From: Burkholderiales bacterium
GTDB taxonomy: Bacteria > Pseudomonadota > Gammaproteobacteria > Burkholderiales > Burkholderiaceae_C
Direction of reading: 5' to 3'
Length of the DNA stretch: 64,000 bases
Assembly (NCBI GenBank): GCA_030604135.1
Contig: JAUVWL010000007.1
Span: forward strand, 92,279-156,278
Position 1 is the first letter of the stretch. Each line of letters opens with the position of its first letter. The notes beneath the pieces are model-generated. The model worked only from the letters and a program-made list of their open reading frames with translations, ran no database searches and had not been told where the DNA came from. The position numbers and the translations under genes are program-made. Shown here one piece after another: positions 23,728-33,849 of this stretch.

Positions 23728-26478
23728 ATGGCCATCAAGCCGATCTCCATCCTGATCAATGCCAAAGACCAGGCTTCTGGTGTCCTGGATCTGCTCAGAC
23801 AGAACGCCAAGAAGGTGGGCGCGGCCATCGTGGCCTACTTTGGCTTCAGGTCATTCCTGGGGGCCATCAATGGTGCAGCCGAGCTCGAGGGCAAGCTCAG
23901 CGAGGTGCAAGCGGTCAGCGGCGCCACTGCCGATGAAATGGTGCGGTTGCGAAAGGCCGCAGAGGATGCCGGCGCCACGACACGCTACACCGCCACGGAG
24001 GCTGCTGGGGCTTTGGGGAACCTCTCCCGTGCAGGCCTGGATGCAAACCAGTCGATATCTGCTCTGCCTGGTACGTTGGCGCTGGCCCAGGCCGGCAACA
24101 TTGGTCTGGAGGAGTCGGCCAGCATCGTCACAAAGACCTTGGCAGGGTTCGGCCTGGAGGCGGAGAAATCCGGCCAGGTGGCCGACGTGCTGGCCAAGGG
24201 GGCGAACAGCGCGAACACCAACGTCCTGGGCCTGGCCCAAGCCCTGAGCTACGCTGCACCCACAGCGCAAAGCCTGGGTCTGAGCATGGAGACCACGGTC
24301 GCCATCATCGGAAAGTTCGCCGATGCGGGCATCGACGCCAGCCGGGCAGGTACCGCGCTCAACGCCATCCTGGCTCAATTCAGCGATCCTGCAAGCAGGT
24401 TTCGCCAGGAGCTGGCGGCCATCGGCATCACCACCAACGACTTCGAAGAGGCTCTTCGTCAGATGGCAGCAGCTGGGCCAGGGGCTCAAAAGGCGCTGCT
24501 GGCGGTGGGCACTGAAGCCGGGCCAGCGATTCGCGCCTTTCTGAACCAGGGCATTGGTGCGTTTGACGAGCTCAAGACCAAGCTCCTGGACGCCGAAGGC
24601 GCGGCAAAGGCCACCGCCGACACAATGGAAAACAACCTGCAGGGCGCCGCGCGAGGCCTGGGCAGTGCATGGGACACCGTCAAGAACGCGCTGGCGACCC
24701 CTGTGCTGCCAGTTCTCAAGGACGGTATCACCCAACTGGCCGGCGCGCTGCGATCTGCTGTCAGTGATGGCACGGTCGGACGGTTCGGCAGTGCGATCGC
24801 ATCGGGCTTCCAGGCGGCACTCACCTGGGCCAGAGCCTTCATCTCTGAGGTGGACTTTGCCGCATTGGCCGAGCGGGCAGGGAGTGCCGCCGATCGCGTC
24901 GGCGCTGCATTCGACAGTCTTGCCGAGAAGGCAACCAACGCTGGGAACATCGCCAGCACCATCTGGGGAGTCATGACCGCTGGCGTCAACGGTGTGATGT
25001 CCGTTGTCTATACCGTCGGCGAGGCGTTCGCCGGAGTGGCCAGCAATATCCAGTCTGGCATCGCCCTCATCCTGCAGGGCCTCTCGCGCATCACCTTCGG
25101 AGACGTATCCAAATCCTTCAGCGCGGCTGCCGAGGAGATGCGCATCAGCGCAGAGGCCACCTGGGCTTCGTCGGAGGCGCTGGCCCAGAAGGCGCGGGAG
25201 AGCTTCATTGGCATGGCCGACGGTGCCGAACTGGCCAGGAGTGGTTGGGCAGGCTTGACGGGTCAGACGCAAGAGGCGGCTGCCCAGGCCAGAGCTAGCG
25301 AAAAGGTCTTCGAACAGCTTGGGGAAACGCTCAAGGAAACCGGTGGTGACGCTGAGGCCGTTGGGATGAAGGCACGCGCTGCGGCGGCCATGCAAACTGC
25401 GGCGGCACGGCAGGTTCGTGTTGAAGTCGAGAACCTCAAGCGAGAGTACGAGGCCGCCCTGAAGGCAGGGGACGTTCAGACCGCGGTTTCCAAGCTGCAG
25501 CAGATGCAATCCGCGCTCGGGCAAACGCGCCGCGAGGCCTCGGTCACTGCGGCCGAGGTGGCCAACGCCTTTGAACGCATGGGCATTCGGACGAAGGACG
25601 AGTTGGCGCAAGCTGCAGCCAACGCACGGCGTGACTTCGATCTCATACGACAGAGTGGCCAGGCCACGGCCGAGGGCCTGCAGACGGCATTCCGCACCTA
25701 TGCCGAGGCCGCCATCGGAGCCAACGGCGGCGTCGCTTCCGAGTCCTTGAAGGCCGAGGCTGCCATGCGAGGCCTTCAGATCACGACTGATGCCGCAGGT
25801 CGATCTATCGTGCAGGCTATGACCGAGGCATCTACAGCGACCGGACAGCTTGGTGACGCCGCAGGATCCGCAGCTGGTCAGTTTCGGGTTCTGGCCAGCG
25901 CGGCGGACAGTGCCGCTGCCGCGGCTGCACGGGTAGCCGAGATGAGCCGGAGATACAGCCGTCCTGGTGAGGGTTCAACCGACCCCAAGGACCCCGGCAG
26001 AGGAAGTCCGTACGCGCGGCCGCAAGACGCGAAACCAGTCAACTCTGATGGACAGACGCAGGAAGAGTACCTGAGGGCGGAGAAACTTAAGGGGCAGAAC
26101 GCCGTCGACAACACACTGGCATTCGCGCTCAGGGACAAGCTGCGCACCGGCACGCTGACTCCAGAAGATGCAGACTCGATTCGCGCCGTCATCTCCGCCC
26201 TGGACCAGAACGAGGCGATAAACCGTGACCTTGACCGACTCAATCCTGCGGCATTTTCGCTGGAAGGGGCAGCCGACCGAAACGAGTGGCGCAACGTGCG
26301 TCAGCAGCTGGCGCAGCAGCTGGCTCGCCTGGGTGGACAACAAGCCCCAGCCGTAGGCCGCACCGTGCAGGTCAGGATCGACACCGGTCGCGGTACCGAG
26401 ACCGTGAACACCGACGACGCCGGGGCCCAAGCCATCGTGCGTAGTCTGCAGCAGGCCGCCATGCGGGCCGGCAGGTGA
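23728..26478 (+). CDS. tail tape measure protein (916 aa)
   Basis: TP901-type TMP core (…TATEAAGALGNLSRAGLDANQSISALPGTLALAQAG…). Ala-rich helical repeats. Confidence 0.9.
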   Translation: MAIKPISILINAKDQASGVLDLLRQNAKKVGAAIVAYFGFRSFLGAINGAAELEGKLSEVQAVSGATADEMVRLRKAAEDAGATTRYTATEAAGALGNLSRAGLDANQSISALPGTLALAQAGNIGLEESASIVTKTLAGFGLEAEKSGQVADVLAKGANSANTNVLGLAQALSYAAPTAQSLGLSMETTVAIIGKFADAGIDASRAGTALNAILAQFSDPASRFRQELAAIGITTNDFEEALRQMAAAGPGAQKALLAVGTEAGPAIRAFLNQGIGAFDELKTKLLDAEGAAKATADTMENNLQGAARGLGSAWDTVKNALATPVLPVLKDGITQLAGALRSAVSDGTVGRFGSAIASGFQAALTWARAFISEVDFAALAERAGSAADRVGAAFDSLAEKATNAGNIASTIWGVMTAGVNGVMSVVYTVGEAFAGVASNIQSGIALILQGLSRITFGDVSKSFSAAAEEMRISAEATWASSEALAQKARESFIGMADGAELARSGWAGLTGQTQEAAAQARASEKVFEQLGETLKETGGDAEAVGMKARAAAAMQTAAARQVRVEVENLKREYEAALKAGDVQTAVSKLQQMQSALGQTRREASVTAAEVANAFERMGIRTKDELAQAAANARRDFDLIRQSGQATAEGLQTAFRTYAEAAIGANGGVASESLKAEAAMRGLQITTDAAGRSIVQAMTEASTATGQLGDAAGSAAGQFRVLASAADSAAAAAARVAEMSRRYSRPGEGSTDPKDPGRGSPYARPQDAKPVNSDGQTQEEYLRAEKLKGQNAVDNTLAFALRDKLRTGTLTPEDADSIRAVISALDQNEAINRDLDRLNPAAFSLEGAADRNEWRNVRQQLAQQLARLGGQQAPAVGRTVQVRIDTGRGTETVNTDDAGAQAIVRSLQQAAMRAGR

Positions 26479-26499
26479 ACATCTCAGTCCAGCCAGCAG

Positions 26500-26557
26500 A
26501 CACTGCCCTCGGCCCAAATACCTGATCGCGCGCGCGCGGCACGATGCCGTGCATGCC
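26500..26557 (+). promoter_or_regulatory. late-operon leader element, copy 3 (before the tail-tip genes)
   Basis: The same 22-mer ACACTGCCCTCGGCCCAAATAC as copy 1, plus hairpin GCGCGGCA-CGA-TGCCGTGC, directly followed by ATG 26553. Confidence 0.6.
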
Positions 26558-27041
26558 CGTCATCACCCTCACTCACCCGACCGCGGGACCCGGCAGCACC
26601 CCCTTGGCGGTGCAACTGCCGTCCAACCTGCTTTGGGTGGACCAGTACACCTGGAACCGGGTTGAATCCACACGTCAGTACGCCAGCACTGGCGCTCTGG
26701 TGATTGACCAGTGGACGCGCCAGGCCGGCCGACCCATCACGCTTCAAGGCACCCAGGAACGGGCCTGGTGCGAGCGCGGGCTGCTGACCACGCTGCGTGG
26801 ATGGGCTGACCAGGCCGGGCTGCAGCTAACTCTCACCCACGGATCTGATGCCTACCAGGTGGTCTTCGACCACCAGCAGGCTGCCATTGATGCAGAGCCG
26901 CTACCCGACATGCTAGGTGCGCCAAGCCGCTACACGGTGCGCAACAGCCTTGGTCAGGTCATCACCGACGTCGACGTCGACTACTTCAACCCCCAGGCCA
27001 CAGACCCGTTTCAGGTCACGCTGCGCCTGCTCGTCCTGTGA
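26553..27041 (+). CDS. minor tail / distal tail protein candidate (162 aa; alternative ATG 26544)
   Basis: First gene after the tape measure gene. No recognisable motif. Confidence 0.6.
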   Translation: MPVITLTHPTAGPGSTPLAVQLPSNLLWVDQYTWNRVESTRQYASTGALVIDQWTRQAGRPITLQGTQERAWCERGLLTTLRGWADQAGLQLTLTHGSDAYQVVFDHQQAAIDAEPLPDMLGAPSRYTVRNSLGQVITDVDVDYFNPQATDPFQVTLRLLVL

Positions 27042-27049
27042 GGCAATCC

Positions 27050-27580
27050 ATGGATGTACAGAAGACCGACTCACCGAAGACCCAGACCTGCCAGCGCCGG
27101 GTCCTGCAGGCCCTGCACCGTGCCATTTCCTCAGTGAAACCCTTCCTGCAGGGCCTCGTTGCGCGGGTGAAGGGCGCAGCTGGTCGGGCAATGCCATGGG
27201 CTCAGCAAAACACGCAGGTGCTGGGTGTTGCACTGGTGATCGCGTTGCTCCTGGCGTCACTGGTTTTCGTGTGGCGGTACTGCAGAAGCTGTCGGGACGT
27301 TCCGGCACCTTCGCGCGCAGATTCGATTGCCGCTGCCACGATGGCACAGGAATCCAACCTGCTGCTCGGACAACGCATTGACAGGGTAGAGGCCAGTCTC
27401 GCCCAGCTGCAGGCTGCTCGCGCGACCGCCTCAGGCTCCAACCGCAATTCCTCGGCTTCCCGTCAGCCGGCCACCTTCCCGCCATCAGCAGGCCAGATCA
27501 CCGCTCCCGTTTGGGGCACAACCGACCTCGATCGGGCTATTGCGGAGTTTCCCTCGTCCACTCTGGAGCAAACCCAATGA
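27050..27580 (+). CDS. bitopic membrane protein with periplasmic coiled coil (176 aa)
   Basis: TM VLGVALVIALLLASLVFVW preceded by a basic region, then LLGQRIDRVEASLAQLQAARA. Confidence 0.55.
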   Translation: MDVQKTDSPKTQTCQRRVLQALHRAISSVKPFLQGLVARVKGAAGRAMPWAQQNTQVLGVALVIALLLASLVFVWRYCRSCRDVPAPSRADSIAAATMAQESNLLLGQRIDRVEASLAQLQAARATASGSNRNSSASRQPATFPPSAGQITAPVWGTTDLDRAIAEFPSSTLEQTQ

Positions 27581-28173
27581 AGCGCAGCACCTTCAAATTG
27601 ATCCTGGTCGTTGCCTCAGCCTTGGCGCTGAGCGCATGCCAAACGGCACCCACCAAACCTGAGACAGCGGGCCAGGCGCCGGCTGTTCAGAAGAGCACCA
27701 CGGACCTGATGCTGGAGGTGCGTAAAGCCGAGCTTGAGCTCGAGCGCCTGGAACAGATGGCTTGGCTAAAGTTCGCTGTCGAGTCGGGCAACGACATGGT
27801 CAAGGGCTTTGTCATGGGCCGATCCGGCACTGGCAAGCCGGCAGCGTCAGGCGGAAGTACTTCCCAGCTGGTACTTGCCGCACAGGCCCAGGCCGATGCC
27901 ACTGCGCTCAAGCGTGAAGAACTGGCCGAGCAGCGTTCCTGGTGGAACCGTGGCCTGCAAATCTTCGATCGATTTGTGCCGGTGCTGAACATGACGCAGG
28001 ACTACCGGCTTCGCAAGCGGCAGATGGACATCAGCGCTGACCAGTACAAGTACACGCTCGACGTCTTCGGTGAAACCCAGCGCCAGGCCTACCGATTCGG
28101 TAGCGATGTACTCGACCAGGGACCCTACTTCTTCACGGCACCGCTGGGCAGCTCTGCAACGCGCCTGGATTGA
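27577..28173 (+). CDS. lipoprotein (198 aa)
   Basis: ATGA overlap. Signal plus lipobox MKRSTFKLILVVASALALSAC. Confidence 0.7.
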   Translation: MKRSTFKLILVVASALALSACQTAPTKPETAGQAPAVQKSTTDLMLEVRKAELELERLEQMAWLKFAVESGNDMVKGFVMGRSGTGKPAASGGSTSQLVLAAQAQADATALKREELAEQRSWWNRGLQIFDRFVPVLNMTQDYRLRKRQMDISADQYKYTLDVFGETQRQAYRFGSDVLDQGPYFFTAPLGSSATRLD

Positions 28174-28519
28174 AATCACCTGACAGGAGCGAACACATGC
28201 TGCTCGAAGAAGTGGCTGGCGCTGATCTCGACCGCGCCGCTGATGCTGCTGATGTTTGGGTTCGACCTGGTGGTGCAGTTCACGGCGGCCACGATCGCCT
28301 TTGCCGAGAGCCCCATGGCCTGGGCTTCGCGCGGCGGCCGTTCGCGGTGCGCGGCCGGTCGCTCTCGTTGCCTGTGCCAGTGGGCGAGTGGCGGGTGAGA
28401 GATCGACTGCGCCGCTACATCTGCACAGGCGCAGGGTGGCGCCACCGCGTCGCGCATCCGCTGTGGAGCGCTCCTGCAGCTCAGCCTGAAACCACCCGGA
28501 CCTGACCGGACGAATTCAA

Positions 28520-31500
28520 ATGCCCATCCAATCTGACGACATCAAACTGCTGCGGTCCGCCGTGATGGCCGACGTACCCGAAGGCGGCGGCGCGGCCACC
28601 GGTATCGAGGTGGTCGACGGCCAGAGCAACAACATCTTCCCGGACACGTCCAGCGACGACCGCGCCAGCGGTCGCTTCCGGCTGCGCAAGGTGTTCGGCG
28701 CTGCGCACACCGACGACACCGACCTGCTGCTGGGGGCCAGCTTTGCCGTGCTGTCGCCGCCCGAGGACCCGCTGGTGCATGTCAACCTGGTCGAGGTGGA
28801 TGAGTGGTTCAGCGAGCGGACCGATGCCACCGACAAGATCGAGCGTTACCTGGTCAAGGGTTCGCGCCTGCTCAGCCGCATCCAGGACGTTCACTACGCC
28901 GGCGCGCTGCTGCTGCAGCTTTACAACATCGCCCCGGGCACGAGCTTCCCGGAGCCGGGCGACACCATCGTGGTGCGCAACCCCAGCGGCGCGGAGCAGT
29001 ACGTGCGGGTGCTCAAGACCACGCTGTCCACCGCCTTGGTGTTCCTGGAGGGTGGCCAGCGCGAGATCAACCTGTGTTCGTGTGAGCTCAGCAACGAGCT
29101 CGAATTTGATCTGCTCGGCAAGGCGATCCAGCTGACCGACCCGTCGGCCGGCAACACGGCCGTGGCCTACTCGACCACGCCCAGCGTGGGTGCGCGGTTC
29201 TATGGCGTCAAGCGCCTGGGCATCGCTGCCGAGATCGGCGACCGGTCGGTGACGGCCGAGGACGGCATCTACTCGCCGATCGTGCCGGCCGCGACGGTCG
29301 AGGAGCCTGTGCTGGACGTGTATCCGCTGGTGCCGCGCCCCAGCCTGTCGCGCACCTCGGCTGCAGTGCTCACGCTGCCGGCACAGTCGCTGGCGCTGGG
29401 CCCTGGCACGGTGCTGCGCATGCCCACCGCTGCAGAGCCGACCACGGTCGCGTTCACCCACGGCGCGACGGCGTTCACGACGAACAATGCCGGCGAGGTG
29501 CTGCAGGGCACCACCGTGGTCGGTACGGTGGACTACCGCAACGGCACGGTGACGATGTCGGGCTCTGCGCCCAGCTACGGCACGCAGTCGCTCACGCTCA
29601 GCTACCGGCCGGCCACCGTGGTCGGGGCCCTGGCCCACTCGGCCAGCCAGGAGATCACTACGGGCAACCAGGGGCTGGCCTGGGTGTTTGCCTTTGATCC
29701 GCCGCCGGCGCCGGGCACCCTGATGGTCAGCTACATGGCACAGGGCCGCTGGTACACGTTGGAGGAAGACGGCACCGGCCGCCTGTCCGGCGCTGACAGC
29801 AGCTACGGCTCGGGCACGATCTCGTTCCAGACCGGTTCGCTGGCGTTGAGTCTGGGCGCCATCCCCGACGTGGGCAGTGACATCATATTTTTGTGGGGTG
29901 ACGCCGAGACCGCTCAAGCGGCCACAGGGCTGCCCACGCGCGCCTGGGCGGCCATCCCGCTGGCTGAGCCGCCGGCACCGGGTACGTTGGCGTTTGAGTG
30001 GGGCCGCGGCGGCACGACGTACAACGCCTCGCTGGCGGCCAACGGCACCGTCACCGGCCCGGCCCAGATCCGTGAGGTCGAGCGCCTTGACGGCGGCACT
30101 TACCGCGTGCTGTTCAGCCCGGACACCATGCCCGACGGGCTGATCTCGGTCAGCTACGAAAGCCAGGCCGAGAACGCTGCGTTCACGAATGACGGCGGCG
30201 GCAACTACACGCTCAGCGGCGCACCCATCGCGGTCGGCAGTCTGCGCTTCCGGCTGTTCGCCACGGCGTCGACGGGGCTGACCTACGTTTTCAACTGCTT
30301 CTCGCGCGGCACCGACGTCTATGCCCGCACACCGGCCGGCAACACGGTCATCGGCACGATCAACAACACAACGGGCGCCGTGAGTCTGGCCGCCGGCGGC
30401 GTCACCCTGTCCTCGACGCGCGTTGAGCGCACTTCGTCGAGTTCGTGGCAGGGTGGGTCTGACCCCTGGTACTACGACCGGGTCATCACCGAAAACACCT
30501 CGTACACGCTGGATGTCGACGGGGTGCTGCAGATGGGCTACCTGCCGGCCGCAGGCGCATCGGTGCAAAGCGTGGCGGTCTCGCCGCCCTGGCTGATCGA
30601 GGTCACGCCGGCTGTGGGGCTGAATCTGGTCACCAATGGCCTGGCGTTCACGTGGGCTGGTGCTGTGCATGCCTCGCGCGACGGCGCGCTCTCGCGCGGC
30701 TGGCATGTGGGCACAGCTGCCACCACCCCGGTGGGCAGCGTCAGCAGCGAAGGCCTGATCAGCATGGGCCAGTCGCTGCCGGGTGGATCGAGCAACTCGG
30801 TCGCCTGGGCCAACGCCGCGCTGGACGCGGCGTCCATGCTCAACGTCTACCAGGGCGTGTTCAGGGTCGGTGTGGCGCCGATCAAGGCTGGAGCGTTCCA
30901 GTTGCAGGCCGGCGCGGTCATCGGCTCGGCCAACAGCGGCGGCGTGCTCTCGGGCGGCTTCGATGGCCTGGTGGACTTCGTGCGCGGCATCGTGCGCTGG
31001 GCGGTGGACGACCTGGGTGCCAGCACGGGTGTGCCGGTGCGCGCCGACGAGGTCACATACAACGCGGTCTATCTGCAGTACGTGCCACTGGATGAGGATC
31101 TGCTGGGGGTCAAGACCACGCGTTTGCCGCTGGACGGCAGGGTGCCGATCTTCCGGCCCGGTGGTCAGGTGCTGGTGCACAACACGCTGCCCACCGTGCT
31201 GCCCAACCCTGTGACGCTGGGCACGGCCTATGACCTGGGGCGCGAGCGAATCGCGGCCGTCAAGGTGCGGACCGTGGCCGGTATCAAGGTGCCCGGTGAC
31301 CGGTACACAGTCAATTTCAACGCCGGGACAATCACGTTCCCTATCGGCACCGACCTGAGCGGCTTCGACCAGCCGTTCACGGTGCACCACCGGATCGAGG
31401 ACGAACTGCTGGTGCTTCGTGCCGATATCAGCGGCCGACTGGACCTGGTGGCCGGCCTCACGCACAACTACCCGGCCGAGACCAGTTACGTGTCGAGCAA

Positions 31501-31966
31501 GCTGCGCAAGGGTGACCTGTTCGCCAGGACGTTCGGCTACATCGAGCAGTCTGCCTGGACCGGCGCCTGGTCGGACGAGTTGATCGGCAGCGCGCCGACG
31601 GCCGGCTTCAATGACATCGACTACCCGATCGAGGTGACCAACCGTGGAGCGATCACCGAGCGCTGGGCTGTGATCTTCACCGGTGCCACCCAGGTGCGCG
31701 TTGTGGGTGAAAACGTCGGTCAGGTGCTGACCAACGTCAGCATCACCACGGCGATCGAGGCGATCAACCCGCAGACCGGTGCACCGTACTTCACCATCCC
31801 GGACCTTGGCTGGGGCGGCGGCTGGTCCGTTGGCAACGTGCTGCGATTCAACACGGCCGCATGCGGTGCCCCAGCCTGGGCTGCCCTGACTGTGCTGCAG
31901 GGCCCGCCCAGCGTGCAGAGCGACGCCGCCACCATCGCGTTCCGTGCCGACGTGGACGCCCCCTGA
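28520..31966 (+). CDS. large tail tip / host-specificity protein (1148 aa)
   Basis: Normal amino-acid composition and high GC3, co-directional with the tail operon. The 1357-aa antisense ORF is Arg/Gly-rich shadow. Confidence 0.8.
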   Translation: MPIQSDDIKLLRSAVMADVPEGGGAATGIEVVDGQSNNIFPDTSSDDRASGRFRLRKVFGAAHTDDTDLLLGASFAVLSPPEDPLVHVNLVEVDEWFSERTDATDKIERYLVKGSRLLSRIQDVHYAGALLLQLYNIAPGTSFPEPGDTIVVRNPSGAEQYVRVLKTTLSTALVFLEGGQREINLCSCELSNELEFDLLGKAIQLTDPSAGNTAVAYSTTPSVGARFYGVKRLGIAAEIGDRSVTAEDGIYSPIVPAATVEEPVLDVYPLVPRPSLSRTSAAVLTLPAQSLALGPGTVLRMPTAAEPTTVAFTHGATAFTTNNAGEVLQGTTVVGTVDYRNGTVTMSGSAPSYGTQSLTLSYRPATVVGALAHSASQEITTGNQGLAWVFAFDPPPAPGTLMVSYMAQGRWYTLEEDGTGRLSGADSSYGSGTISFQTGSLALSLGAIPDVGSDIIFLWGDAETAQAATGLPTRAWAAIPLAEPPAPGTLAFEWGRGGTTYNASLAANGTVTGPAQIREVERLDGGTYRVLFSPDTMPDGLISVSYESQAENAAFTNDGGGNYTLSGAPIAVGSLRFRLFATASTGLTYVFNCFSRGTDVYARTPAGNTVIGTINNTTGAVSLAAGGVTLSSTRVERTSSSSWQGGSDPWYYDRVITENTSYTLDVDGVLQMGYLPAAGASVQSVAVSPPWLIEVTPAVGLNLVTNGLAFTWAGAVHASRDGALSRGWHVGTAATTPVGSVSSEGLISMGQSLPGGSSNSVAWANAALDAASMLNVYQGVFRVGVAPIKAGAFQLQAGAVIGSANSGGVLSGGFDGLVDFVRGIVRWAVDDLGASTGVPVRADEVTYNAVYLQYVPLDEDLLGVKTTRLPLDGRVPIFRPGGQVLVHNTLPTVLPNPVTLGTAYDLGRERIAAVKVRTVAGIKVPGDRYTVNFNAGTITFPIGTDLSGFDQPFTVHHRIEDELLVLRADISGRLDLVAGLTHNYPAETSYVSSKLRKGDLFARTFGYIEQSAWTGAWSDELIGSAPTAGFNDIDYPIEVTNRGAITERWAVIFTGATQVRVVGENVGQVLTNVSITTAIEAINPQTGAPYFTIPDLGWGGGWSVGNVLRFNTAACGAPAWAALTVLQGPPSVQSDAATIAFRADVDAP

Positions 31967-31978
31967 CAGGAGACTTGA

Positions 31979-33142
31979 GTGACATTGCCCGTTTCCACCC
32001 CCTGCTGGTTCGATTCGTCGGAAGCGGGGGCGCCTACGCTCAACAATGCGGCCGGCAGCCTGCTGGAGGTGCTGCGTTCGTGCCTGATCAACGGCTTCGG
32101 CGCGGTGTCTGTGACCAGCATCGTGGTCGCCAGCGGCGTGGCCACAGTCACGGCCGCTACGCATGGCTTCTCGGCAGCCTATGGCAAGCTGGTGCTCATC
32201 GAGGGGGCGCCGGTGTCCGAGCTCAACGGGCGCAAGCGCATCAGCAACGTGCTGACCAACACGTTCACGTTCCCGGCCCCTGGCGTGGCAGATGGGACCT
32301 ATACCGGCACCATCAGCGCCAAGCGCGCGCCGCTGGGATGGTCCGAGACGCACACCGGAACGAACATCGCCATCGTTGGGTCCACGGCGCCCGAGGCGAA
32401 GCCGAACAGTCTGCGGGTCGACGACTCGGGCTCGGCATCCATGTCTCGCTGGTTGTGTATCCCGACGGCCAGCATCACTGACATCAACACGTACTCGGGG
32501 CAGGCGCCGTCCAACGCACAGGTGGCCGGTGGTGCCTACGTCCAGAAGGGGCACGTCAACAACGCAACGGCAAAAGCGTGGGCGGTGGTCGGTGATGACC
32601 GCGGGTTCTATCTCATCACAGAGATGAACACGTCGCCCCTGCAGTTCGGCATCAACTGGTTCGGCGACATCGAGTCGTTTTATGAGGCGGACGCTGGTAG
32701 CACACTGCTTGCCACACAGTCGAACACGACTGTCGCAGGCTCTACCTCCTGGGGGTTGGTGAGTGGCGCTGCGCCGCAGACTTCACCCAGCTTCAACGCG
32801 GGCCTTTATGCACCTCGCGGCGTCCTGGTATCCGAAGACCAGCCGATCTACCAGGCGGTGCTTGGAGTGCCTGGTAGCACTGCACAGTCCGGGTCCAGCA
32901 CGTTTCAAAACCCGGCTGTGTATGCGAACCCGGTGGTGCACGACATCACCTACGTGCTCAGCGCCGGACCCTGCGTGCGAGGACGACTACCGGGTTATGC
33001 ATGGCTCTTGGCGAACCAGGCGGGCGTGCCGTTTGTAGCGCGCGAGGTTGTGACCGTGGGCTCCAAGGTCTTTCTGTGCGTGCCTTCTCGTTCTGGCAAC
33101 ACGCCGTCCATGCATTTCATCCGACTGGATGGGTGGCGCTGA
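31979..33142 (+). CDS. tail fibre/baseplate-associated protein (387 aa, GTG start)
   Basis: AGGAG SD, in-operon. Confidence 0.65.
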   Translation: MTLPVSTPCWFDSSEAGAPTLNNAAGSLLEVLRSCLINGFGAVSVTSIVVASGVATVTAATHGFSAAYGKLVLIEGAPVSELNGRKRISNVLTNTFTFPAPGVADGTYTGTISAKRAPLGWSETHTGTNIAIVGSTAPEAKPNSLRVDDSGSASMSRWLCIPTASITDINTYSGQAPSNAQVAGGAYVQKGHVNNATAKAWAVVGDDRGFYLITEMNTSPLQFGINWFGDIESFYEADAGSTLLATQSNTTVAGSTSWGLVSGAAPQTSPSFNAGLYAPRGVLVSEDQPIYQAVLGVPGSTAQSGSSTFQNPAVYANPVVHDITYVLSAGPCVRGRLPGYAWLLANQAGVPFVAREVVTVGSKVFLCVPSRSGNTPSMHFIRLDGWR

Positions 33143-33444
33143 TGCCGGCTGTGACCACGCCGGACAACATCGCGCAGGCGTACCTGATCGGTCGCGCAGG
33201 TCGGCATCGCGTGGCCGGCACGACCCGGAACACAGGCACACCGCCGACGCCTGTGCGTCGCCGTGTCCGCCTGCATCGCCAGTCCGACGGACTGCTTGTG
33301 AAAGAGACGTGGTCGGCTGCTGCGACTGGCGAGTACGTTTTCGACTTCGTGGCGGCTGGCACCTACTACGTCACGGCCTTTGACCACACCGGGCTGTACG
33401 GCGGCGTCATCGAGACCGACGTGGTCGCGGAGCCGATGCCGTGA
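33142..33444 (+). CDS. small beta-sandwich-like tail protein (100 aa)
   Basis: The ATG (33142-33144) shares one nucleotide with the upstream TGA stop (33140-33142). …GEYVFDFVAAGTYYVTAFD pattern suggests a prealbumin/Ig-like fold. Confidence 0.55.
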   Translation: MPAVTTPDNIAQAYLIGRAGRHRVAGTTRNTGTPPTPVRRRVRLHRQSDGLLVKETWSAAATGEYVFDFVAAGTYYVTAFDHTGLYGGVIETDVVAEPMP

Positions 33445-33848
33445 GTCTTTCGCTCGCCGCTCGTCGTGCCCGGCTTGTGACCGTCCGGGACTTGATACTG
33501 GCCAGCGATGGCGGGTCGCTTTTGCTGCTTGACGGCCCCATGGCCAGCAACCCGGGTGAGGCGCCGTCGGGCTCGCCCCTGGCCATCATTGCGCTCGATG
33601 TCGAGTCGTTTGCGCTGCATGAGACGTTGGACATCCTGCTGCTGAGCGTGGTCGGCAACGCCGCCACAAGTGGCCAGCCGACCTGGGGTCGGTTCGTTGA
33701 TGGCGATGGCGTGGGTGTCTATGACGTGACGGCCGGCCCGCCCGGGAGTGGTGCGCAGGCGATTGTGTCCGATGATGACAACCCGACGTCTGCACAGATA
33801 TGGACCGGCGGGCAGTTGACCGTCACCGGTACGTTCGCGGAGCCCTGA
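33441..33848 (+). CDS. tail protein of unknown function (135 aa, GTG start)
   Basis: GTGA overlap, in-operon. Confidence 0.55.
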   Translation: MSLSLAARRARLVTVRDLILASDGGSLLLLDGPMASNPGEAPSGSPLAIIALDVESFALHETLDILLLSVVGNAATSGQPTWGRFVDGDGVGVYDVTAGPPGSGAQAIVSDDDNPTSAQIWTGGQLTVTGTFAEP

Positions 33849-33849
33849 C

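Noticed and set aside
27050-28173. Interpreting the membrane protein/lipoprotein pair as the phage's spanins
   Set aside because: - A complete, canonically placed Rz/Rz1 pair already follows the holin at 11702-12259.
- The lipoprotein here is far larger (198 aa) and not Pro-rich.
- It is kept as an unexplained envelope pair instead.
28481-32554. 1357-aa ORF on the minus strand, the longest ORF in the window
   Set aside because: - Its product is extremely Arg/Gly/Ala/His-rich with runs of R and G and no plausible domains.
- It lies exactly antisense to well-behaved plus-strand tail genes with high GC3 and operon coupling.
- This is a classic shadow ORF of GC-rich DNA.
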